A DNA stretch of 39,593 bases from Desulfobacterales bacterium (GCA_037381105.1 JARRRC010000001.1:1-39593), one strand, 5' to 3'; shown: positions 8,200 through 14,692, counted from the first letter of the stretch. Translations and numbers: made by a program. The notes: generated by a model from the letters alone, not told the origin.

Positions 8200-8258
8200 G
8201 TGGGGGCTGTGGTCTGTTTCTTCCATTTGCCTTAACCTCGATAATAAAAAGAAATAGT

Positions 8259-8447
8259 ATGAAGATTTCGGCAGCTATCATCATCATTGGCATTCTGGCC
8301 TGCTACGGCTGGATTAAGATAAGCGATATGGACGCATTGATAAACGACCAGGATCGGTTAATAGTAGAATTAAACCAGGAGAATAAGAAGCTCAGGGATA
8401 TTATTGATGAGAAGTATATCGTTGTTAAACCTAAACAAATATATTAG
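8259..8447 (+). CDS. Small single-pass membrane protein with a coiled-coil tail
   Basis: MKISAAIIIIGILACYGWI forms a TM segment and is followed by a charged helix. This is an internal ATG of ORF-track 8196..8447. Confidence 0.45.
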   Translation: MKISAAIIIIGILACYGWIKISDMDALINDQDRLIVELNQENKKLRDIIDEKYIVVKPKQIY

Positions 8448-8465
8448 CAAAAAGGAGAAATCAAG

Positions 8466-8810
8466 ATGGACATAGAAATGTTGAAACAGATTACAGAAAT
8501 CATAGGTACGATAGGCGCCACTTCCAAAGAAGCGTTTTTGTGGTGGCTAATCATATCAAACTTAAAAACATATCTTTTTGGTCTTGTTTGGTCGGGCATA
8601 AGTGCCTTTTTAATTGTTAAGCTTTTGAAGCTGGCAAGAGATTGTTCGCATGCCCATGTGCTTAAACTGGCAAGAAATTGTTCGGATGCCCATGTGCTTA
8701 AACATGCCTGTGGATTTACAAATAAAAATACAGATGGTTTTACTTCAGAGCAATTGAAAAGAGCTTGCAGAGTTCTCGAAAAATACTATGATGAAGACCT
8801 TAGAGATTAA
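8466..8810 (+). CDS. Hypothetical membrane protein carrying an internal 12-aa duplication
   Basis: AAAGGAG RBS upstream. Hydrophobic segments are FLWWLIISNL and GLVWSGISAFLIV. The duplicated peptide is LKLARDCSHAHV / LKLARNCSDAHV. Confidence 0.55.
   Translation: MDIEMLKQITEIIGTIGATSKEAFLWWLIISNLKTYLFGLVWSGISAFLIVKLLKLARDCSHAHVLKLARNCSDAHVLKHACGFTNKNTDGFTSEQLKRACRVLEKYYDEDLRD
8631..8702. repeat. Near-perfect 36-bp tandem duplication (8631..8666 and 8667..8702, 2 mismatches)
   Basis: ctggcaagagattgttcgcatgcccatgtgcttaaa is followed by ctggcaagaaattgttcggatgcccatgtgcttaaa. Confidence 0.9.
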
Positions 8811-8895
8811 AACAAAATATCATATAGAGTTGCAAGGACGATTGTTGTTGATAAAAAATATATCATAGTAAAACCAAAGCCGGGAGTGTGAAACG

Positions 8896-9210
8896 ATGAA
8901 GACAGAAATAGAAATAAACCTAACCCCAGAGCAGCTTGCCGCTTCGTTCATCCATTGGTCAAGCGACGAACAAGCCAATTTCATCAACCTAATCGGGAAA
9001 CAATTTAAATTATGCGATTTTAGCGCAGAGGAGCAATGCTGCTGGTTAGCGAACGACATCAACAAAGACGGCAAGGATTTTATCTTCACAGTAGCGAACT
9101 TTCTGAAATGCGTAGGCCTGCCGTCCTCGTCTCCAAAGATTGATACGCTGATAAATTCATATGATACTGAAGGTTTAGCGCGACCGAGCCAGCACCACAA
9201 CCAATTGTGA
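8896..9210 (+). CDS. Hypothetical protein
   Basis: 104-aa ORF with GGGAG upstream. I recognised no family. Confidence 0.5.
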   Translation: MKTEIEINLTPEQLAASFIHWSSDEQANFINLIGKQFKLCDFSAEEQCCWLANDINKDGKDFIFTVANFLKCVGLPSSSPKIDTLINSYDTEGLARPSQHHNQL

Positions 9211-9282
9211 CACGTTGAAAGGGGGAAACCAGGATTGACACATGCGCGGATTGTATGGCGCTGCCCGCTTTATGGTGCGGTG

Positions 9283-9301
9283 GGCAGCCGCGCTAAAATA
9301 A
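9283..9301. repeat. 19-bp direct repeat, left copy, flanking the C5-methyltransferase gene
   Basis: ggcagccgcgctaaaataa occurs at 9283..9301 and again at 10165..10183. The second copy includes the last codons and the stop of the MTase gene. Upstream similarity extends imperfectly (tttatgg...). Confidence 0.9.
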
Positions 9302-9305
9302 ATAA

Positions 9306-10178
9306 ATGAACTATTATAACGACAATGATAAATTTTGTTCCAAGTGGCTGAAGGATCTTATCAAAGCAAAGCTTATTCCATGTGGGGAAGTCGATGACAG
9401 ATCAATTAAAGAGATATCTCCTAAAGAACTCCAAGGATACAAGCAATGCCACTTTTTCGCAGGCATTGGAGGATGGGCTTACGCACTCAGATTGGCTGGA
9501 TGGCCGGAAGACAAGCCCGTGTGGACGGGAAGTTGCCCTTGCCAGCCATTTAGTATCGCCGGAAAAGGCCAAGGAGTTAATGACAACAGACACCTTTGGC
9601 CCGCTTTTCGATGGCTTATCTCTCAGTGCAGACCTGCAACAATTTTTGGGGAACAGGTTGCGTCAAAAGCTGGGCGTGAATGGCTCTCCGGAATACGTCT
9701 TGACTTGGAAGCGATGGGATATGTGTTCGGGGCCGCCGATCTGTGCTCTGCGGGCGTCGGTGCGCCGAACATCAGGCAAAGATTGTTTTGGGTGGCCGAC
9801 GCCAAACACTCCGAATGGAGGAAGAAAAACGCCACCGGGCACCAGCACAACAGGAAAGACGCCGGACGGGAAAAAGCGCCAGGTGGATCTGCAGCATGTG
9901 GCTCTTTCGATATCAGGCTGGCCAACTACGAGAGCGAACGATTCGGAAAAACGCGGGAATGTATCGGAGGACAGGCGCAAGGGACTCCCTGGTCAAAGTC
10001 TACAGATATCGAGTGCAGAGACGGAAAAAGACGAAGGATACCTATTGAACCCGCTCTTTCCCCTCTGGCTCCAGGGCTACCCAAAAGAGTGGGCTTATTG
10101 CGTGGTGCCGGAAATTCAATCAATCCTTGGGTAGCCAAAATATTTATTGAGGCGTTTATGGATTGGCAGCCGCGCTAA
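9306..10178 (+). CDS. DNA (cytosine-5)-methyltransferase, phage type
   Basis: The motifs are FFAGIGGW (I), TGSCPCQPFSIAGK (IV), IFGEQV (VI), GVGAPNIRQRLFWVA (VIII) and RGAGNSINPWVAKIFIEAF (X). The N-terminus YYNDNDKFCSKWLKDLI and the C-terminal CRDGKRRRIPIEP...PKRVGLLRG match the phage Dcm subfamily I recall. Confidence 0.85.
   Translation: MNYYNDNDKFCSKWLKDLIKAKLIPCGEVDDRSIKEISPKELQGYKQCHFFAGIGGWAYALRLAGWPEDKPVWTGSCPCQPFSIAGKGQGVNDNRHLWPAFRWLISQCRPATIFGEQVASKAGREWLSGIRLDLEAMGYVFGAADLCSAGVGAPNIRQRLFWVADAKHSEWRKKNATGHQHNRKDAGREKAPGGSAACGSFDIRLANYESERFGKTRECIGGQAQGTPWSKSTDIECRDGKRRRIPIEPALSPLAPGLPKRVGLLRGAGNSINPWVAKIFIEAFMDWQPR
9394..10134 (+). CDS. Long alternative-frame ORF nested in the C5-MTase gene, encoding a GWPTP-repeat and LNPxFxxWLxGxPxxW-box protein. 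It may be an overprinted gene or a recoded segment.
   Basis: The +1 frame relative to the MTase is open from GTG 9382 (ATG 9394) to 10134. It reads GSPEYVLTWKRWDM..PPICALRASVRRTSGKDCFGWPTPNT...SGWPTTRANDSEKRGN...LLNPLFPLWLQGYPKEW. I recognise these motifs from prophage proteins. See the findings for caveats. Confidence 0.35.
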   Translation: MTDQLKRYLLKNSKDTSNATFSQALEDGLTHSDWLDGRKTSPCGREVALASHLVSPEKAKELMTTDTFGPLFDGLSLSADLQQFLGNRLRQKLGVNGSPEYVLTWKRWDMCSGPPICALRASVRRTSGKDCFGWPTPNTPNGGRKTPPGTSTTGKTPDGKKRQVDLQHVALSISGWPTTRANDSEKRGNVSEDRRKGLPGQSLQISSAETEKDEGYLLNPLFPLWLQGYPKEWAYCVVPEIQSILG

Positions 10179-10183
10179 AATAA
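10165..10183. repeat. 19-bp direct repeat, right copy (see 9283..9301)
   Basis: Identical string ggcagccgcgctaaaataa. Confidence 0.9.
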
Positions 10184-10200
10184 TGACAAAGGGGATTATT

Positions 10201-10509
10201 ATGCCAAGAAACATGAGTCGCGAAAAAACAGTCACGCGCCGCGTAGGATGGAACTTTCTAAAACCAGGTGATATCTTGCAGGCTGTCGAAAAGGCGCAGG
10301 GACTCAAGAAGGGTGAAAAAGTCAAACGCATTTGTTTAATAAGGGTTATTTCCTGCCGGCATGAGCCATTAAATAAAATAACTGCGGCAGATTGTATCCT
10401 TGAAGGATTCCCCGAAATGAGTCCACGCGAATTCGTTAATATGTTCTGTGCAGCTAATAAGTGGCATCCATCCAAGGATGTAAACCGGATCGAGTTTGAA
10501 TATATTTGA
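10201..10509 (+). CDS. ASCH (PUA-like) domain protein
   Basis: KTVTRRVGWNFLKPGDILQAVEK...ICLIRVISCRHEPL is a typical ASCH N-terminal pattern. AAAGGGGA lies 6 nt before the ATG at 10201. The ORF-track start at 10147 overlaps the MTase gene. Confidence 0.65.
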   Translation: MPRNMSREKTVTRRVGWNFLKPGDILQAVEKAQGLKKGEKVKRICLIRVISCRHEPLNKITAADCILEGFPEMSPREFVNMFCAANKWHPSKDVNRIEFEYI

Positions 10510-10515
10510 TAAAAA

Positions 10516-10544
10516 TTGACATCCGCTTGTAATTATGTTTTAGT
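10516..10544 (+). promoter_or_regulatory. Possible sigma70-like promoter for the replication module
   Basis: TTGACA at 10516..10521, a 17-nt spacer, then TTTAGT at 10539..10544 preceded by TGt. The -10 element is weak. Confidence 0.3.
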
Positions 10545-10592
10545 GGTGATGCTATGTTAGTGTGCTGCTCTAAAACTATTAAATTCAAATTT

Positions 10593-10657
10593 TGCCCTGG
10601 GCGCATGGTTAATTTACCTACCTGATAGCTCATTAACATAGCACATGCGTCCCAGGG
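10593..10657. other. Long imperfect hairpin (14-bp outer stem with one bulge, plus a 6-bp inner stem) in the intergenic region upstream of the replication genes
   Basis: gccctgggcgcatg (10593..10606) pairs with catgcgTcccagggc (10643..10657). The inner pair is gttaat (10607..10612) with attaac (10631..10636). No T-run follows on either strand. Confidence 0.6.
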
Positions 10658-10667
10658 CACTACAAAA

Positions 10668-10844
10668 ATGGATAAACCACCGATGGAACCAATAGAAAAA
10701 GTTCAAAGGTTAGCGGCTATAGGAAAGCATGTCGCGTTAATCAATAAACGATATGGTTTCAATGATGATCATAAATTAATTTCCACATTGAAAGAGGTTA
10801 AAGAAGCATTAAGGAATAGAATAATAGAGATATTGGAATCATGA
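10668..10844 (+). CDS. Possible small ORF (58 aa) translationally coupled to dnaB
   Basis: Manual translation gives MDKPPMEPIEKVQRLAAIGKHVALINKRYGFNDDHKLISTLKEVKEALRNRIIEILES. Its stop overlaps the dnaB ATG (ATGA at 10841..10844). There is no clear SD sequence. Confidence 0.35.
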   Translation: MDKPPMEPIEKVQRLAAIGKHVALINKRYGFNDDHKLISTLKEVKEALRNRIIEILES

Positions 10845-12130
10845 GTAAAATTCTTCCACACAACATAGAAGCAGAAGAAAGTATAATTTCATCCTGCTTG
10901 CTTGGGGGATATAAAGAACCATGCGCGACACTGGAACCATCTGATTTTTATAAAACAGCACACCAAAAAATATTCATTTCAATTCAATCTCTTGCATCAA
11001 CAAACAAGCCCATTGATTTAATCACTGTAATAGATGCGCTGACTCAAATAAGCAAATTCATTAATACAATTCCGGTAGCCAATTCAATCACCCATTATTG
11101 CAAAATCATAAAAGAAAAAGCATTAAAAAGGCAGATCATATCAAGATGTAACGATTTGATGCAGAATTGTTTTAACGATAATCACATCGGAGATCTGCTT
11201 GAAGAAGCAAAGTATATTTCCGAACTCGGCGAAACAGGGCTCATCAACAGGAAAAGAAAAGTTGATTTGTCTAACGTTTATGATGCCAAGCGCATGCTGC
11301 TTGAATATGATTTATATGTAAAGACCTTGAAAAACAATCGTTTCATTACTGGAATAGGAGAAATTGATAAGAGAATCAGGGGGGTCGCCGGTGGTGAAAC
11401 TATGTTCATAATCGCCAGGGCCGGAGCCTATAAAACTGCATTGCTGCAAAATCTATTAAGAAACTATGTTAATAACTCTGCCTGGGGGTCCGTATTCTTT
11501 TCGATAGAAATGCCTATTTCAAATATCGCGGAAAGATATCTGCAGCAATTTGATAGATCACCCGGATATCAAATTGAACAGCATTACGCCAATAACGATG
11601 AGGATTCAATCTCAGCCCTGGAGAAACGCTTCAGAAATGAACTTAAACGTTTCTTTGTCGTCCCAACCAAGGTCAGCCTATCAGATATAGAGCAATATAT
11701 TAAAATCATTGAAGATTCAAAACAATTAAAAATAGGCTTAATCGGTATCGATTACATGCAACTAATCGACGAGCCCGGGAAAGAATACGAGCAAATTACT
11801 AAAATTGCACGCGGCAGTAAAGACCTGGCAAAATATTTAAATATTCCAGTTATTGTTTTGTCGCAAATCAACCGGCAAGGCGAGGATGGAAACACAGAAG
11901 TTTCTCTTTCCATGGGGCGGGGTTCCGGGGCTATCGAGGAAGCCGCTGATTTCATGCTCGGACTCTGGAAAAATAACGAAGACCTGATTTGCAAGATACT
12001 AAAAAACCGTAAGGGTTCAGCGGGTTCGATGTGGAAACTTGAACTTGATTCAAATTGTTTTCTGATAGGCCAGAATTCCGTCAGGTATTCTAAAACAAAA
12101 ACCAAAAAATCAAATGGGTATTGTGATTAA
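10841..12130 (+). CDS. dnaB: Replicative DNA helicase, DnaB family
   Basis: The N-terminus LPHNIEAEESIISSCLLGG is the classic DnaB opening. The C-terminal RecA-like domain carries IIARAGAYKTALLQN (Walker A variant), FFSIEMP, LIGIDYMQLI (Walker B) and VIVLSQINRQ. Confidence 0.85.
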   Translation: MSKILPHNIEAEESIISSCLLGGYKEPCATLEPSDFYKTAHQKIFISIQSLASTNKPIDLITVIDALTQISKFINTIPVANSITHYCKIIKEKALKRQIISRCNDLMQNCFNDNHIGDLLEEAKYISELGETGLINRKRKVDLSNVYDAKRMLLEYDLYVKTLKNNRFITGIGEIDKRIRGVAGGETMFIIARAGAYKTALLQNLLRNYVNNSAWGSVFFSIEMPISNIAERYLQQFDRSPGYQIEQHYANNDEDSISALEKRFRNELKRFFVVPTKVSLSDIEQYIKIIEDSKQLKIGLIGIDYMQLIDEPGKEYEQITKIARGSKDLAKYLNIPVIVLSQINRQGEDGNTEVSLSMGRGSGAIEEAADFMLGLWKNNEDLICKILKNRKGSAGSMWKLELDSNCFLIGQNSVRYSKTKTKKSNGYCD

Positions 12131-12955
12131 ATGACTTATCGAAAATTTGATACCGGAACTTGGGTAGATCCATGGTTTGAAAATTTATCATTTAAAGCGA
12201 AACTCGGTTTTGTTTACTTTTGGACCAATGAGGTTTGTAATCCTGCCGGCATATATGAAATATCTGAAAAACGCATTTCTTTCGAGTTAGGATACCATAT
12301 CGATACCATATATTCGGAATTGGATACCAGAATTTTATGGGATAAAGACAAAAATATGGTTTGGGTAAAGAATTTTTTCAGACACCAATGCCAGAACTCT
12401 AAATTCGCTATCTCTGCTCTTAACTCTATTCGCTCGGATTCGCTTAAATTAAAGCTATTTATAGAATATAACCGACCCATTTTAGAGCACTACAAAATAG
12501 ACTTATCAGCATACCATATCGATACCATATCGATACCATATCCTACAGAACAGAACAGAACAGAACAGAACAGAACAGAAAAAGACTCTATGTCGAAACT
12601 CGATGAGTTTCAACTTTCAGAAAGCGACCGGGAAAATCAAATCCCAAAATGCCCTTATCAAAAAATCATAGATCTGTATCACGACATATTGCCTGAACTG
12701 CCTAAAATCAAAGTACTGTCCGAAGAACGCAAAAAACAATTAAAAGCGCGTTGGTTGTCCGGACTATCAAGCAATGGCTTTAAATCCTGGTCAATCGAAT
12801 ATTGGGAGGGTTTTTTCAAACACATTCGCGGAAGCCCCTTTCTTATGGGCCAGGTCGCTCCATCGCCAGGGCATAAACAGTTTATTGCTGATTTCGAGTG
12901 GGTTACTAAAAAATCAAGTTTTATCAAAATTATAGAGGGGAAATACCATGAATAG
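12131..12955 (+). CDS. Putative replication initiator or replisome organiser with internal iteron-like repeats
   Basis: The gene lies directly after dnaB (taaATG). The N-terminal domain contains WVDPWFENLSFKAKLGFVYFWTNEV. The C-terminal domain contains ILPELPKIKVLSEERKKQLKARW...SPFLMGQ...FIADFEWVTKKSSFIKIIEGKY. Both resemble prophage replication proteins as I recall them. The repeats fall in the inter-domain linker. Confidence 0.55.
   Translation: MTYRKFDTGTWVDPWFENLSFKAKLGFVYFWTNEVCNPAGIYEISEKRISFELGYHIDTIYSELDTRILWDKDKNMVWVKNFFRHQCQNSKFAISALNSIRSDSLKLKLFIEYNRPILEHYKIDLSAYHIDTISIPYPTEQNRTEQNRTEKDSMSKLDEFQLSESDRENQIPKCPYQKIIDLYHDILPELPKIKVLSEERKKQLKARWLSGLSSNGFKSWSIEYWEGFFKHIRGSPFLMGQVAPSPGHKQFIADFEWVTKKSSFIKIIEGKYHE
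12292..12313. repeat. Two tandem copies of the 11-mer ATACCATATCG (second copy 9/11)
   Basis: ataccatatcg ataccatatat, read directly from the sequence. Confidence 0.8.
12511..12542. repeat. Three tandem copies of the 11-mer ATACCATATCG (iteron-like)
   Basis: ataccatatcg ataccatatcg ataccatatc(c), read directly. This is the same 11-mer as at 12292. Confidence 0.85.
12546..12580. repeat. Pentanucleotide microsatellite (CAGAA)x7 inside the coding sequence
   Basis: cagaa occurs seven times in a row and encodes TEQNRTEQNRTE. The unit length is not a multiple of three. Confidence 0.95.
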
Positions 12956-13205
12956 CAAAGAACAAGGGCATTTAACCACCGAGGAAATATTGAATAATTT
13001 AGCCAATGCCATCCAGCAATATTTCAAAGACATGGGTATTGATACAGGGTTTGCGCTGCTAACGTTCGATTTCGGCGGTCCTGGAACCGGTAATTATGTT
13101 TCTAACGCCGACCTAGACGATATGATCCTCGCGCTCAGGGAAACCGCTGACAAGCTTGAAAGGCATCAAGATATACCGCGCACTAAAAACAAGCTTATGG
13201 TTTGA
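12948..13205 (+). CDS. Hypothetical protein
   Basis: 85-aa ORF with GAGGGG upstream. It overlaps the preceding gene by 8 nt. Confidence 0.5.
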   Translation: MNSKEQGHLTTEEILNNLANAIQQYFKDMGIDTGFALLTFDFGGPGTGNYVSNADLDDMILALRETADKLERHQDIPRTKNKLMV

Positions 13206-13222
13206 TCGGGTGATGAGAAAAG

Positions 13223-13642
13223 ATGTTAAAAAAACTTACCACAACAGACTTTGGTCATTACAAAGTGGACATCTACATTCGCAATGGGATAGGCGGTGAG
13301 TTCTATACCACGCTTGAAGGGTCGTCTCTTCCACGCATTGTAATCGGCATTGATTACGACCGCTCTGAATGGTGGCAGTTGTTTAATGTGCTACTCCATG
13401 AAGTCGTAGAATGTCTCCTCGCCATAAGCGGCTTTCGTTTTGATCAATCCCCCTCGATAAGCTGGGGTACTGACCGCTTTACATTCCATTTTGACCATGC
13501 CCAATTTTCAGAAGTGATTTCCAGGGCTTCGCTTGGTCTTGTAAAAATAATTCCGGAACTTAAGAAGGCGTTTGTCAAGTCATATAAATCCCGTAAGCCC
13601 ACGCGGGACAAAAAAAGATCAACAACAGAGGGCGAACAATAA
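13223..13642 (+). CDS. Hypothetical protein
   Basis: 139-aa ORF in the operon. I recognised no family. Confidence 0.5.
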   Translation: MLKKLTTTDFGHYKVDIYIRNGIGGEFYTTLEGSSLPRIVIGIDYDRSEWWQLFNVLLHEVVECLLAISGFRFDQSPSISWGTDRFTFHFDHAQFSEVISRASLGLVKIIPELKKAFVKSYKSRKPTRDKKRSTTEGEQ

Positions 13643-13665
13643 CACTTTAACTGAAAGGAAAAGAC

Positions 13666-13848
13666 ATGGCTATTATCGAACAACAGACTGACCCTAAGGA
13701 TGATATCGTGGCCTCCAGAGACAGCGAAGTTTGGCGTCAAGTTGGTATGTTGGAGGAGGAGATCGGCAGGATCTGCAATACCATCAACGAGCTGTGTGAT
13801 AGCCTGATTGAATATGTGTCCTGGGTGAAGGCGCGATTGGGCGTTTAA
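13666..13848 (+). CDS. Hypothetical small protein
   Basis: 60-aa ORF with GAAAGGAAAAG upstream. It is the last gene of the rightward early block. Confidence 0.45.
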   Translation: MAIIEQQTDPKDDIVASRDSEVWRQVGMLEEEIGRICNTINELCDSLIEYVSWVKARLGV

Positions 13849-13857
13849 TGCTTATTT

Positions 13858-14064
13858 TTAAAGCCTCTTAAGATATTTTTTAAGAAGCCTGGAGTCTTTG
13901 AACAAAACAAGCAGCTCAAGCAGACGCCTCGCCGGACCCGTAGGGACGCGCTTTCCCTGATCCCACTTCGAGACAGTGTTTTTATGCGTGTTGCAAAGCT
14001 CGGCCATCTGAGATTGACTCAGGCCGAGCTTTGCTCTTATTTGTTTAGTGTTAAGATTTTGCAT
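13858..14064 (-). CDS. XRE/Cro-type helix-turn-helix DNA-binding protein
   Basis: IRAKLGLSQSQMAELCNTHKNTVSKWDQGKRVPTGPARRLLELL is a canonical HTH_3 pattern with the WExG-R-P-G tail seen in HigA/COG2944-like regulators. Confidence 0.75.
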   Translation of the reverse strand: MQNLNTKQIRAKLGLSQSQMAELCNTHKNTVSKWDQGKRVPTGPARRLLELLVLFKDSRLLKKYLKRL

Positions 14065-14109
14065 AGCTTGATTTTAGCCTGTTTTCTCGATTGTTTTTTG
14101 GATGCCACT

Positions 14110-14292
14110 TTAGATCTCCTTTCTGCCTAACCAGTGAAGAAGCTCGTTAAGGTCGTTAAATACCCGCTCGTCGTTCGCTTCCACTCCGCCTGGGAGACGA
14201 TACGTTTGTCGGGCTTGGATCGTACCGGCTCCCAGGTCGCGCACAAACCAGGGGTGTGAGGATGCCCGAGTTATAACGCGAGGGGATAGCAT
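14110..14292 (-). CDS. Hypothetical small protein upstream of the HTH gene
   Basis: 60-aa ORF with reasonable composition. The overlapping 86-aa ORF 14156..14416 is R/S/T-rich and looks spurious. Confidence 0.35.
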   Translation of the reverse strand: MLSPRVITRASSHPWFVRDLGAGTIQARQTYRLPGGVEANDERVFNDLNELLHWLGRKEI

Positions 14293-14488
14293 CGTTAAAC
14301 GTCGAAAAAATCCTGGCGCTCCTTGTAGTGCCTATCCCGCATATTCTGAGCAAGCTTATGGCATTCGGGGCACAAGTAAGCTGTGGTGCCGTCCTTCTGG
14401 TGCACGTACTCCGCATGTTGCTAATAATGTGTACTCTGGCATTTTAACCTCCTGTTTGATTGTTTATTGTTTAAACCAACGTAACAGC

Positions 14489-14692
14489 TCAGCTCTGATA
14501 AACACATTTTGCTGCTGCATAACCAGCTATGTATGCTAAAAATGCGCTGTTAACAGATCCATTAGCGTAGAACGTAATAGATGGACCATTTTCCTTTGTG
14601 AAGTCACTTGGAAGATACCCAAGGTGGCCCCCATCGACTGCTTTCTCAAAACTCTTTTGAATTTCGTAAAATTCTTTAGTTCCCCTTTGCAT
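14489..14692 (-). CDS. Hypothetical small protein
   Basis: 67-aa ORF with GGAGGT (RC of acctcc, about 14699..14704) upstream of the ATG at 14692. Confidence 0.5.
   Translation of the reverse strand: MQRGTKEFYEIQKSFEKAVDGGHLGYLPSDFTKENGPSITFYANGSVNSAFLAYIAGYAAAKCVYQS

Noticed and set aside
9743-10048. Third forward-frame ORF (101 aa) inside the C5-MTase gene, plus ~100-aa reverse-strand ORFs (9623..9980)
   Set aside because: They are R/K-rich and contain no recognisable motifs. I keep them only as evidence that this region is generally stop-poor, which weakens the statistical argument for the nested GWPTP ORF.
10454-10660. 68-aa minus-strand ORF spanning the 10510-10660 intergenic region
   Set aside because: It runs antisense through the promoter-like site and the long hairpin and has no RBS. 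Its orientation conflicts with the surrounding rightward operon.
12511-12580. Short tandem repeats considered as a CRISPR array
   Set aside because: The units are 11 bp and 5 bp, directly abutting with no spacers, and they lie inside a coding region. They are iteron-like and microsatellite repeats, not CRISPR.
13223-13642. LLHEVVEC as a zincin-like motif
   Set aside because: The string reads HExxE, not HExxH, and no other protease features are present.
13858-14292. Possible type II toxin-antitoxin pair (60-aa ORF plus XRE/HigA-like HTH)
   Set aside because: The gene order and the HTH C-terminal WDQGKRVPTG motif are suggestive. However, the upstream ORF is short and shows no RelE, HigB or Gp49 motif that I can recognise, so I make no TA call.
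14156-14416. 86-aa minus-strand ORF (MRSTCTRRTAPQL...)
   Set aside because: Its extreme R/S/T/P composition is typical of out-of-frame translation, and it overlaps two more plausible small ORFs.
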